The notes under the pieces are model-generated. The model worked only from the letters and a program-made list of their open reading frames with translations, was not told where the DNA came from and made no database searches. From NCBI RefSeq assembly GCF_000181795.1, contig NW_003526941.1:8486495-8543085 (forward strand): 56,591 nt of DNA, in the 5' to 3' direction. The stretch is from Trichinella spiralis. Taxonomy: Eukaryota. The position numbers were made by a program, and so were the translations under genes. Positions 43,880-55,939 of the stretch are shown here, piece after piece (position 1 is the first letter of the stretch; the number at the start of each line of letters is the position of its first letter).

Positions 43880-44374
43880 ATGACAACAAGACTGCATCGT
43901 CTTCTTCCCGAGGGTGTGAAAAAGACACGCGTGTTTCTACCTGACACGTGGATGAAAGTGTTGAAGCCTGAAAAAAATGAGCACTTGCCAAAATACATGG
44001 TAAAATTTGCAGTATCTCCAGAAATGAATGCAGACGACGTGAGGGAATATTTGAAAAAGATATACCAGCTGCCAGTGCGGGAGGTGCGCTTGGAAATTCG
44101 GCAGGGCAAAATGATTCGTCACTTTGACGAATACAAGGAGCCATCTCGAATGGCCGGAGAATTTGGCAAAGTGATCGACAAGCAGCCGGACGAGACGGTA
44201 GCATATGTCACGATGCGCAAGGATTTCAATTTCGAATTCCCCGAATTATTTCCAGAAATAACTTTTGAACGAGAAATGAAGCAGCTGAAACGGCTGCAAC
44301 AGTCTGTCGATAAAGCGAACGAGCTTGCTGAAACGCAGTGGCATCGTAAAGGCATTCCTGCTTGGTTCAATTAA
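43880..44374 (+). CDS. MRPL23: Mitochondrial ribosomal protein L23 (uL23m), intronless CDS
   Basis: RVFLPDTWMKVLKP..LP..VKFAVSPEM..DVREYLKKIYQLPVREVR..QGK..KQPD..VAYVTM..FEFPELF matches metazoan MRPL23. Confidence 0.92.
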   Translation: MTTRLHRLLPEGVKKTRVFLPDTWMKVLKPEKNEHLPKYMVKFAVSPEMNADDVREYLKKIYQLPVREVRLEIRQGKMIRHFDEYKEPSRMAGEFGKVIDKQPDETVAYVTMRKDFNFEFPELFPEITFEREMKQLKRLQQSVDKANELAETQWHRKGIPAWFN

Positions 44375-45354
44375 GCTCATGCCAATAGTTTACTGAATAA
44401 ATTGACATAATTCATAATTTTATTCTGTACGTTTGTCTTTATCAATTTTAATTTACAAGTACTATTGTTTATTTATGCATTTTTAAAGATTCTCTAGTTT
44501 AAAATCGGTTTACCACTGAATGCCATCTGATGTTTTTTTTCATTTACTATTTTTGACTTGAAAATAACTGTGCGCTCCTTGAAATGTTTTCCACAATAGA
44601 TTGATCATATACGTAAATTGAATTTCTATTCAGTTAATTTCTATTTCTTTTTGATTTCGTGATAATTGCTTAATAAATGATTTATTCTTTTGTTTATCAT
44701 AGTTATATTTTATCCTGTCTTAAATAAATTATGTTTTTGTAGGACTTTGTTTTTAAAAAGAATGTGATTAATCAGCTTGTTTCTGGTGAAAGTATAATTA
44801 GTGAAGAAATGTAAATGGAAAGTAAGTTCAATTTGCGATAAATTATATCATAAAATTTGTTAATTTTTCTTTTCATTATTCAGTACACATTTTCACTGAA
44901 AAGTTCAGTATTGCGAAACAGTTCTACTTTTGTGTGCGTGATCATTATTTAAAGTAATGATTTATTAATTAGTTAATTTACATAAAGGAACTCATAATAA
45001 TAATAATATGTGAAATGTGTGTAGCTCTGTTGGAGAGAATTCTTATTGGCATTGCACACAGTTTATAATTTTTATTTTTCGCTTATCGTTGATTGGTATC
45101 TGGATGAGAAAGAGCTCGAATGTTATATGAATATGGAGAAAGACGCATGGCCTAGTGGAATGAGAAATTTTCTGGCAGACAGACTGTCGGCACGGGGCAA
45201 GATAGGTTACGTTTGATAAATTCGACGTCTGAGATTGGCCGATGACCATTGGTCATTGTTAGTTTGCAGAAGTTTTTAGCTCACAAACGTCGAGAGTGCT
45301 GAGATTTTATTGCCGACGTGAATTTTTAACAAAACTGAAGCTACTACGAGTAGG

Positions 45355-46915
45355 ATGGAAACGTGCAGCAAGCCTTCAAGTAAATCTTTGTTTCAGATTG
45401 TTGTTGTTGATTGAAAATATTGTTTTATTGAATTATTATTATGGAAATTTTCTCTTTTCAGAAGTTTTGATTAATAATTCCGTTCTTGGTCAGGGTAGGC
45501 TGAATCAGCTTGGTGGAATGTTCATCAACGGACGTCCGTTGCCAGTCTATCTGCGTCTGAGAATTATTCAGCTAGCGTTGGCTGGCGTTCGTCCGTGCGT
45601 CATCAGTAGGCAGTTGAAAATTTCCCACGGTTGCGTGAGTAAAATTTTGGGTCGCTTTGCCGAAACAGGCAGCATAGCACCTGGTCAGGTACATAGTAAT
45701 AATTTTAAATATCATCTTTTGTTTTCACCGTTTTTACCATATTCAGCTTGGTAATAAGCAGAGACAATCAAAAGTGGATAGGAAAGGTTGTTGGAATAGC
45801 GTAGGACCAATTTTGAACGATCGTCCACCAGTATCTGATTACAGCATAAATCGCATTTTGGGTTTGCGTGAAACGAAAGGTATGAATGAAATTTTCCACA
45901 AGCCGGTTCGGCTGTTATTTAAAGTTTATATGAGAAGAGTGAAGTACTGACAGGCAGAGACAGAGTGGTATAAAAGTGACAGCGCGATCGTTGAGATGCA
46001 AATCACTGACCACTTGGTGACAGTTCAATTTGACTGACCACTACTGGTCAGGGCGGCATCGTTTTTACAGCTGATAAGCGAGGCCATGATTGTAGTAGAT
46101 CTGGGTGAGCGATAGGATGCGCTTGAAGGCGTCTGCTTTGGCAGACGGTCCGGCGGCTGCTTGGGAACAGCGGCGGTTCATCGTAGTTCATGCTTTATTG
46201 ATAAAAGTCCAATAATAATTAACGACCACGTCAACAAGTTCTCACTTCGACCTTTGCTCGCGTTGACCGGTCGTTACGCTTAACCTGAAAATTAGCATAA
46301 AATTTTTGTTTGTTCTTTGTATAAAGACTATTCTGAATGTTCAGTTTTCGTAAAACAATATACGCGGTAAAGCAATACTTTGAAAATTTCACTTCGTAAT
46401 GCTATCCTAAAACGTTTTGTGCGGAAATTGTTTTCCAACGTCACATTCTTCAACGCTTTGTAATTTCAATGCATGCAAATTGTATTATCATTGTATCATG
46501 TTTTGTTTTTTAATTAGAAAAGAAAGAAGATCGAAAAAATGCTCGTCGTCAACGATGCCATTTTACCGTAAGCCAAGTAGAACTGTTGGAGCGAGCGTTC
46601 CACGAAAACAATTATCCAGATGCCAAACGTCGCCAGGAACTTGCCGTTGAAGCTTGCATTAGCATTGAAAAAATTCAGGTGAAAAATCTAGCAACCAACG
46701 TCGAAAGTGATTTTCATTTTAGAAATTATCGCTGTTGTTTATAGGTGTGGTTCAGCAATCGCCGTGCTCGATATCGAAAGCAGCTCGCCACCGCTGCTGC
46801 AGCTTATAATAATAATAATAATAATAATAATGCAGGTTCGCCGTATTTCTTTTGGCCATGTTCACTTCCAATTTCTTTGCCATCCGCTGCCGTTGCTTTC
46901 GTTTCACACGTGTGA
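45355..46915 (+). CDS. Pax3/7 (gooseberry/pax-3)-like transcription factor: PAI subdomain + octapeptide + S50 homeodomain (exons 45355-45379, 45462-45688, 45747-45879, 46518-46678, 46745-46915)
   Basis: [51 protein letters not shown], octapeptide YSINRILG, homeodomain [19 protein letters not shown]..|[13 protein letters not shown]. All junctions are GT-AG and in frame. Confidence 0.85.
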
Positions 46916-48417
46916 AGTTTGTGATACAAATAAAACATAATTAAAAAATTAATTAAGCGATAAACAGTTTTTTGTTTCAACATCAACACAAATTATTTTT
47001 ACCATTGAATTTTTCTACTGTTATTTAAAATCTTTTTATTACCTTTTAATCTTTTTCAAATTTTTTTCAACATTCTTACTGTAATTGGGTTGACTATAAC
47101 GAAACACTAAATTTTCAGAGCTACCAACTCCATAAGCGAATTACCATCAGTTTTTTTTGATTATTCTGTTTTTCAAACTTCGTTAGTTGTCAGTTCTGAG
47201 TTGTCAATTCGATCCATTCGAAGAAACAACACAAATTTTCAAAAGCCGCAACTGTGGAAGGATATATAACGCATACATACGATCGTAATTGTTTTCAGTA
47301 TGCAATGGTAAGTGAGTTTGTTCATGTGCATGTATATATATATATACGGGATATTTCATAAACTGTGTAATCAACTGAATAAAGCAAAAAACTTATTTAT
47401 ATACATTTTTTAATCAAATTTTCTAAACAAATGTGGTCAGCAAGCAGTTTATAGAAAGAAAACATAAATTTATTAAAATTAAAAATTGTTATCCAACTTG
47501 AAAAGTTATCATGAAACTGTTTACAATTACCCTGACACGTGACGGCTAATCTGCATAAATAAGTAATAAAAATTTATGCGGTGTCTTCTGTAGCGGTCGT
47601 TTTGTACCAATTTGTGGTTGTGCTTTAATTTTCAGCATTAATACTTTAATCACTTGAATTTACCACTTATTTAACAATAACCTAAATTGCATTAAATTCG
47701 AATGTTTTCTAAATATTACAATTCAAGAAATTCGACTTTCATGTGACGACAGTGGATGATATACAAAGATTTTTCATTAGCAGTTTTCAGAAGCTTTGTA
47801 CACAGTTTCAAATTGTCGATTCTTTCTTGCTTATATTATATCATGTTACAATACTGAGCCTTCAACATTAGCTTATCTTGCCACCGCGTCGATGTTGTTT
47901 GTTGGTTTGGTTACGTGAAGTTTCATTTAAATTATTACAACACGTTGGCTAACATAAAACAAATCAAACAAATCCTGCACAAAGTAAACAAGAGATATGT
48001 GCATTATTTATCAGTCATCAGAGTTGAAATGAAATTACGGGAAAATTGTCGATAAAATTTATTTCTGCTTGTGAGCCACTTTTGCATCACATCCACAATG
48101 CATCGTATATGTCTGATAATGTAGAATATATATAAAAAGAAAAGTAATAAAATGACATTATTCAAGAAAATGTATATATGAATTCAGATTAGCAAAAAAG
48201 TAATTTATCAATAATTTTGCCTTTCGAAAGGGCAGTTTATCTGTTGAAAAAATTTCGATCAACTGCTATAAGATTGAGAAAAAAACTTCCATTTCCTATT
48301 CTAAATTCAGTTTATCAAAAGTGAATAAATAATTGTTTAAAAAAATTAACGTCACAATATTGCTAATTTACTGAGCAAGTGAAAAAATCCACTGCATGTA
48401 AGTAACGGATGAATTGT

Positions 48418-51064
48418 GCAAATTAGAGTAGTTTGAAAATAAGCCTGCCAATCAGTCAATAGTGCGCTTCCTCACTTCACTTTGTTGGCATCCACGTTGA
48501 TTTGCGCCCCTATTCCACTTTTATTACTGGTATATTGCTTTTTCACAGTTATCAAATACTCAATGTGTGTAAACAGTCAAATAATCAAATTGAAAATTTT
48601 TCTTCAGCATTGAATTAAAATACAAAGCAAAAATAAAATCATGGAAATATAATTAATAATTAAAAATACGGTAATATACAGTATACTTATTTCCAAATCA
48701 CCGATAGAAGGTTACAACGTAGCAGACCAATCAGAGAAAAGCAAAGATCCTAACAATAGATCATATTTTCAATAAACTGTTGTGATGCGTAGCAAATGTG
48801 CATGTAAGTGAAGAAAATTGTATCAAGGTATAAATTGAATATTAACACACATATTTTCTTGATATCTTTACATGATCGTGCCTATGTTTAAGTATTTGAT
48901 TACTTTTTATTTTAATATGCACAGAAATTGAAAAAAAATAAATACATATTCTCAGTTTCATGATGTTAATTTAGTTGTTCAAAAACATTCATGTTTCAAT
49001 TTGTTATTAAGCTCAGCCGTCTAGATGTAAACGTAAAATACGTTCACTTGACACTTACATGTGGCATTGAATAGGTCGAATATCAATCACTAAGCGCTTA
49101 GTATTTTCTATTATGCAAAACAACGAAATACCGTTTGTCGTGCAGAGAATCATTTAACTTTATATTATATTTTCAAAATGTAGATCATCAGAGACATTTG
49201 GTAAATTAAGTTTTTTTGTCTGGTTAATTTTGTTTGTCAGTTAGCGCAGTTTAGTGTGCTTATATGTTGGTGAAAAGCGTTTTGCGATGAGTTCCATTTA
49301 TGTAGGGCATTTTTGATTTTTCAAATCTCAAATTCAAACAAGCGAAGGCGTGTTTTGACTAAGTCAATGTTTTTGTTATGGTGTTTTCTGTCAGATAGTT
49401 TATATTTTGACTGAATTTCAAAAGTTAAGGTCATTTTTGAATTTTCAAATAACTGTCATTGTTTGTTTAATTTGCCATTCTGTTTGAATTGCTTCTTCAA
49501 ATTATTTATTACTTTTCTTCTCTTCTTATAACAAGCCAGTATTTAATATAAAATGAGCATGCATTTCATTTTTTGATTGCTTTTAATATTTAAAAGGTGG
49601 TTTAGTAATAGAGATGAAATTATTGTTTCCGCAATGAGAATTGCTTTTACGTTTAACACGGTTACAGTTAAATTTTTTCTCAAATACAATGCATTAGTTA
49701 AGTAAATAAAGCGCAATGAAAACAGTGGAATAGTGATATTTATCAGCAGAAATGAATAAAATAAAAATTTGCATGCGAGTTCGTTTCCATTATTGACATA
49801 TTGGAAATAATTTTAGTTTTACGTCGTCCGTGGATGGAAGCACTGCGTTTTGTTTGGAAAATCGACTGAAGACCAACTTTGAACGCCAAACACTAGATTT
49901 GCTTTTTATTTTCATTATTATTTTTTGGAAAAAATTCTGAAAAATAATTTTTCAAACAACATCAAAAGAGCATGAACATCAAATATGAGAAAATGATGAA
50001 TTTGGCAGTAAGTGGCAGTTTTTTCATTATTAAGTCGTAATCACATGGCAATATAGAACATAAATTCTCAGTATACTCTCTATGATTTCTCAATATGAGA
50101 TGATAAGTTACTTAATGAACGTCAAATTTCCGTACAATTAAGTTTCATTAAATAGCACCCTGTACACATTGTTTATCCATTATTAGAATATGCTCTTTTG
50201 AAATAGAATAAGAATTTTCAATAGCTAACATGTACGTTCAACTAACTATAAACAAACTTTAGCCAGAAAATTGCTCACTTAAAATTATCTCCATTTGAGC
50301 TACTTGGTTTACTGACTTAAGAAAATTTTCAGATATACACAGGTGGGTTATGTTTCGGAATTGTAAATATCAATGTCATTTTTGAATTTTCAAATGGTTT
50401 TTATTGGTAGAATTGAACAGTGCATATTATTTATTTTGTTCATACTGTATTGCGGCATAGGTTAGAATTTATCCTCAGTAAGAAGTTCCAACGCACAAAA
50501 ACCGGTTTTGAACGCTGCGCTATGCAAATAATGATCGCATTAAGGTGTATAATGGTCACTTAGAGCGCACTCGTTCGTTTGACTTACGTGGCAAGCGGTA
50601 GCGTCGTGAAATGTTCTCTGAGTTTATTTACGGCTTTCCGTTTTTAATTCTTGAAAGTATTCCATATTTCTCGTTCTGTTAATTTCTTTTCGAAACTCTC
50701 GTTATAATCATTTCGTTAATGTTATTTTTAATTGAAAATCAGTTACTTCTTCTATTTGAAAATTCATTGTTCAATTTTTCAATTTTGCTATGTGATAAAG
50801 TGGCAAAATTTTTGACTTAACATTTAGCATTCTTATAGATATGAACTATGAAGAAAAGAAAAGGCGAAAACACGGGCGATTCGTAGAGCAAGCAGATCGC
50901 GGACGACACGAAACGGATCACAGAAGACACGAAGCGGATCGCGGACGGCACGAAGCAGAACAAGAAAAGACAAAAGGTATATGTGGTTCCCCGTGGGTCC
51001 CAATTCTGTAGGTCTGGGCTAGGGATTCTTCGAAAGGGTGAAGTTATCCCATAGTTTTAATTAA
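48418..51064 (+). repeat. Continuous ~2.6 kb copy of the dispersed repeat found split at 13.1-15.8 kb
   Basis: 5' part is collinear with 13106-14203 and 3' part is the reverse complement of 14356-15772. Internal repeated motif GTCATTTTTGAATTTTCAAAT at ~49430 and ~50376. Confidence 0.9.
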
Positions 51065-51601
51065 GTTAACGACGAACCTACATGGCTGAGTTTTGAGTTA
51101 ATGCAGTACTTGGTCTTTCACGCAGCAAAATTTACGTATGCAATTGCTTTCCTGTGTCGAAATAATTTTGATTTTTGTTTATTTTGTAATCTTTATTTTT
51201 CTTCTCTTGCATAGTTTGATTTTGAACATTTTCCGAACCAAGTTCTTTTTATTTTTTAAAGTTTTTCTCATTCATTCAAACTTTACATATTTTATTCATT
51301 TTTTAATTTCTCCCATTATTTCTTTTGATTTTTTTATTTTTACTTTTTGTATCTTATATTGTACATTTTATTATTTTTTTTCAATTTATTTTTCCAAATA
51401 TTTTTTCTCTGATTTTTTTACTTTAACTTTAACTTTGTAAAAACTCTGACACATGGAAAGCATCGCATACAAATACGTAAACACGTAATAAACCGTAATG
51501 CACATGGAGAAGAAAGAAGAAAAGTGGAGCAAGCCACGAGCGAGTGAACATGCAAAGCATACATGCATTTCTAGGTCAGAGTAACTTTATGCAAATGTGA
51601 T

Positions 51602-51668
51602 GGTAAGCATTGCCGTTGGCATTCTGCTACGTGCACTTTGTGCTATGCAAATGCCGTAGCAATGTTCC
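51602..51668 (+). ncRNA. Candidate pre-miRNA-like hairpin
   Basis: AGCATTGC/GCAATGTT, TGGCATT/AATGCCG, TGC/GCA and GCAC-ttt-GTGC nest into one ~65 nt stem-loop. No known seed was recognised. Confidence 0.4.
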
Positions 51669-54299
51669 TTATATAAATTTCTGTTTATTGAGAGACTGCA
51701 CTATAGTATAAATGTTCGGTGCTGAAGGGCGGTCTATTTACTTACTGCATTGCGTTATTTGGTCATTTCGATGCTTCACTGCAACAATTACGTTGTGATT
51801 GTTAGACTAAGAATATGAAGAAACCACGAACATCGGTTACAAAATGTATGACTCTACGTTTGCTTCATACGTCATTCCTGACAGGTCTGCTGACAGGTAT
51901 GAATTTTCATATATTTGCTATTTTTCATACAATAATTTCTTTCTTTCTCTTGGCACACTGCACTAAACATGCGCGCTTTTTAAGCTTTTCGTAGTTGTTT
52001 GATTTTAGTCTTTTTGAATGGAAACTAGCGCATTGTTCTTCAGTAATGATGTTCAATTAATATTCGAGACCTTATTACGGCCAAGCCAATACATAATAGT
52101 ACTAATGGTATATTTTGCTATAGTTTTCAATAGTCCTTACAAATCCATTTGTAAAGTAGTACTCTGACATAGCAGTTGATCCCCTCCCGCATTATCTTTA
52201 CTGTCCACTGTAATGTTTATTGCTAAGGTAACATACTTGCCCAATTGTTTAAAGAAAATGTCTGTCACCGGGATACTGCAGTCGCACAATCGCACCCCTA
52301 AATGCTTGTCACTGCTCAAATCGTGAAAAACATTGTTTCAGCATGACATAGGAAAACTGCTGTTACCTAGAGAACACACTTTTATACTACCACCTTTGAT
52401 ACTTTCAGAATGGCAGTAACGTTCCCTTCATTTTTGAAATGACTCCTTAAAGTTTCCATTATGTCATTGTACCGCCAATAGCACTGATATATACAGATGC
52501 ACGTATTTTCTGTCATTGAGAAAATAACTCAATGCCCATAAATGTTGTCAGTATTGATGAATGAAGCAATGCCTGAATATTATACGTGAAGATTGATTGG
52601 AAGAACGCATATGACAACTTCCACCTCCTCCATCCTTCAACTTCTCCCTCATTCCTTCCTGCTATGCTGTCCCACCCTCCTTTCCTTTCTAATGATCCCC
52701 ATCATTGAGCTCGTAATAATACTAAGCTGAACAGAGATCGCATTAAACTGAAAATTCTCCCCACCCTCCCCCCTATATTTCGAGCTGAATGAACAGCACT
52801 TAGCTGTTTTCATTTCATAATAATCTAATTTCTCATAATTGTTATCGACTAGCAATATAACCAAATCCAGGCTACTCGTGATTCTTTTGTTTTATTCTTT
52901 TCATAAAATGCAATGCAGAATTGTCACCCGCATAAGTTTGTTGAATTCATTGCAAATCGCTCAGTTACTGAATTTCTGCGATTAGGGTTTTTCTCACATT
53001 GTATGTGGCGCGCTGATGCAGTGCTCAACCAAGTTTGCAGTCTTACTATAAATCATCATAAGGTTTAAACAAAAGTTTAGTTAAAGCAAAATTTCAATAG
53101 TAAATAAGCTGTCAAGTGGCATACCCACTGGTGCAGCCGCTTACCATCATGTTGTCTATGCTGCGCACTTGTTAAATTCTGTGCTTAGATAAATTGTATA
53201 TTATAAAATTTCTGAAAAAGTATTTTATTTTCGAAACTATTTTCAATGGAAGCTATTTTTTTATTATCCATATAATTTTGATTAGAAGAAAAGCATTGAT
53301 AAAATATAAATTATTGAATCACCTTGTACTTTCAAGCAACTAAATTACACAACATGCATAAATACGCAGTAATAGCATTTCCGTTTATTTTTAGTAATTT
53401 GCGATGCTTCATGTTAATATGTTTCCGTTTTAGGTAATTTTAGGGACAAAATTTGCATAACAATGCAATATTACGTAGTAATAGGAAGTGTGTAAATAAA
53501 AACGTAATAAATTTCATCGTCTCGTTTCATAATGTGGTCGGGGGGGGGTTTATTTTACTGCGCTATTTTCTGATGGAAAATTAGGTCGTTCTTCCTGAGC
53601 AAAGTAAATAGTTATTTGCATAATTTACTTAGTATTATACATCTAATCAGAGAACTTCGATTACATTAGGTTATTCAGTTCAATGCAATGCTATCAATCT
53701 AGCACGTGGTCAACTATAATTCCGCTCTTCAACACCATCCATGAATAACTGGTAAGTTGGATTTGATATTTTGGTGGTGGTATGCTATGCATGTTACTAT
53801 ACTTATATGGTGAATGGAAACTGACGGGTTTCTTTTCTATTGTTGTTATTGCTAACTTTCAGGTACATCAGATGCGGAAGAAGAAGAAGTATCTATTTCT
53901 GTTTTTATTTAGAGATGACTGCATTAATATAATTCACTTTTAGAATTTGCATTATGTTATTTATATTCATATCAGTGAATATGAAACAGCCAAATTCTGA
54001 AAACTAACTGAATATGGTAACTATGCATCATGATGAATATGCCTTGCTTTTTACTTGAATTTTTCTTTTAAATTTAGATTGAAGGTTGCAGTGCCGTTAG
54101 CGCCACATTGCTTTCATTCTAACTGCAGCACTAATGTTAAATTATCATGTATATGATGTCATAGATTAGATGCCCTTGATTCAATTCTTTTAGGAATTGA
54201 AAATTACATTTGCCTTGCTACGTTTTGAAAATGCCCAGATGCAATCTATTATCAGTAAAGGCGGGTAAAAGCTGTTGAACAGTGGTTGTTGGAGTTGCT

Positions 54300-55746
54300 G
54301 ACCTGGCCTTCAAAAAACGTATGACAAAAAACAGTAAGTGTTGAATTTGTTTAATTACATAGCATGACGATAGGCGTATTAGATATAGGTATAATTGGGT
54401 AACTTCTGTAATTACAGATTACGTCATTAGCTGAGTTTTTATGGTGTTCCTTTTGCTCTGGGTAACGTGATACGTCATGTTCACATCATTTCGTTCAATA
54501 TTTGGCATCACAAACATCCGTAAGTATTGAATTTGCTCCTGATTGCAGTTGGATCGTACAGTGTTTTTGTGCAGTGACGTTTCGCAGTTGTTATAGTGTG
54601 GTTTCACTTATCATAAAAGTAAGAAGGATTGGATTGTAATTGTAGCAGATTCCCTGAGTCAGTCGAGCAGCGTTTGTACAAATCCTGACAACGTATTGGT
54701 GCTTGTTGCTGTCAGAGCGTTTCCAGTGTGATATGACAAAAATTAGTGAGTAGCTTTTGTTTATAATAGTTGTGGATGAAAAGCTTGTACCGTTGCAACC
54801 CGTGTTCGCATGGACGTAAAGGCATTTCCTAGCCGTCCCAGTGTGCCTTTGTTTTTCACAAATAGTATCGTTCATCAGTAAGTATTGATTTTGATTAATT
54901 AGATAGCTGGAAGATGCGAGTGTTACATGGATTGAATTTGAATATGTATCTGAATATGAATATGAATATTTATAATAACATATAACATCATTAGCTGAAC
55001 TGTTTTCAAGTTACTTTCGCTCTGGACACCGTGCTTAGTCGTGTTCACATCAGTTTGTTCTAAATGTGGCATCACAAACATCCGTAAGTATTTAACTTGC
55101 TCCTGATTGCAGTTGGATACGTAAAGTGTACACATTTTATCCATGACAGCATTACATTAACATCAAGCGAATTCGATGTTTCTTCTGATGACCCTCTGAG
55201 TTGAAGTTGACGCAGTGACGTTCATCATTGGTACTAATGTGATTTCACTTATCATAAGAGTAAGAAAGAAGTAAATGATTGTAATTCTAGCAGATTACGT
55301 TGAGACAGTCGAGTACCGCTAGTGCCCGTATAGATCTTTTGTCAGTGCGTTTCCAATGTGATATGACATTAGTAAGTAGTTTTTTTATAATAGCTGTGGA
55401 TTATGTCGTCTCATGAAGCCCGTACTGATGCCAACCAGTGTTCACGTGGCGTTTCAATTCCGTTTTCTAGCCGTCCCAGTGTGCCTTTACTTATCACAAA
55501 TAGTAAGAAGGAATTTGATATTATGACAGCAATGAAATATGTTAAATAGAACAGGTCGCTGTACATTTCAGCATTTTGTTCTTGATAGCAATGGATTACG
55601 TCATCATCAGAAAATTTTTGTTTATTCTCAGCCGATGGCACTCTCAAGTTGGGTTTCCTACGGTTCTGATGTTTTTCCTTGTCACACAAGGTAAGGAAGA
55701 ATTGCATTATTTTTGTAGTAAAACTGTTTTGTATTTAAAGTTTTAG
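54300..55746 (+). repeat. Diverged array of ~70-110 nt non-coding units separated by 22-31 nt GT..AG intron-like spacers; includes a tandem duplication 54418-54865 / ~54981-55502
   Basis: Units start with a GATTACGT-like motif and end with (AGTGTG)..AT(C/G)ACAAA followed by GTAAG. Four units (A-D) recur in the same order in two copies. Confidence 0.75.
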
Positions 55747-55939
55747 TGCGTGACTGTGAAGACGCCGCATCTTGAAAGATCTGTATCGAATGACGTCGTT
55801 ATTCTGCTGTTATTCGTCTTCAATTACTTTCTGTAATATGGCTGTAATATGGTATATAACTATATTCAACTATGAATTTTAGAATCATGAAATTCTTCAC
55901 TAAGAGCAGTAGAGCTGTACAAGTACTGGTACGTAGCAT

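Noticed and set aside
51138..51440. 100-aa hydrophobic ORF
   Set aside because: Translation of T-rich low-complexity DNA (F/I/L bias).
52137..52864. Possible degenerate TE or viral coding fragment on the minus strand
   Set aside because: Short broken ORFs with no motif I can assign; needs BLASTx/HHpred.
54418..55083. TGA-as-Trp/Sec reading of cassette units (DYVIS*VFMVFLLLWVT*YV..; one TGA aligns with TGC in the other copy)
   Set aside because: Frame is not maintained between units or paralogous copies, and no SECIS or mitochondrial gene similarity was recognised.
54419..55144. Two similar minus-strand ORFs (SNCNQEQ..YLRMFVMP) as a protein family
   Set aside because: Similarity follows from the DNA duplication. 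Differences are mostly non-synonymous and all splice-like signals are on the + strand.
55184..55207. CTGATGA...GAA as a hammerhead ribozyme core
   Set aside because: No GAAA, and no convincing stem II or stems I/III.
54418..55700. Cassette units as H/ACA snoRNAs (ACA near each 3' end)
   Set aside because: No consistent two-hairpin/H-box layout or 14-16 nt pocket-to-ACA spacing, and the units lie outside rather than inside the intron-like segments.
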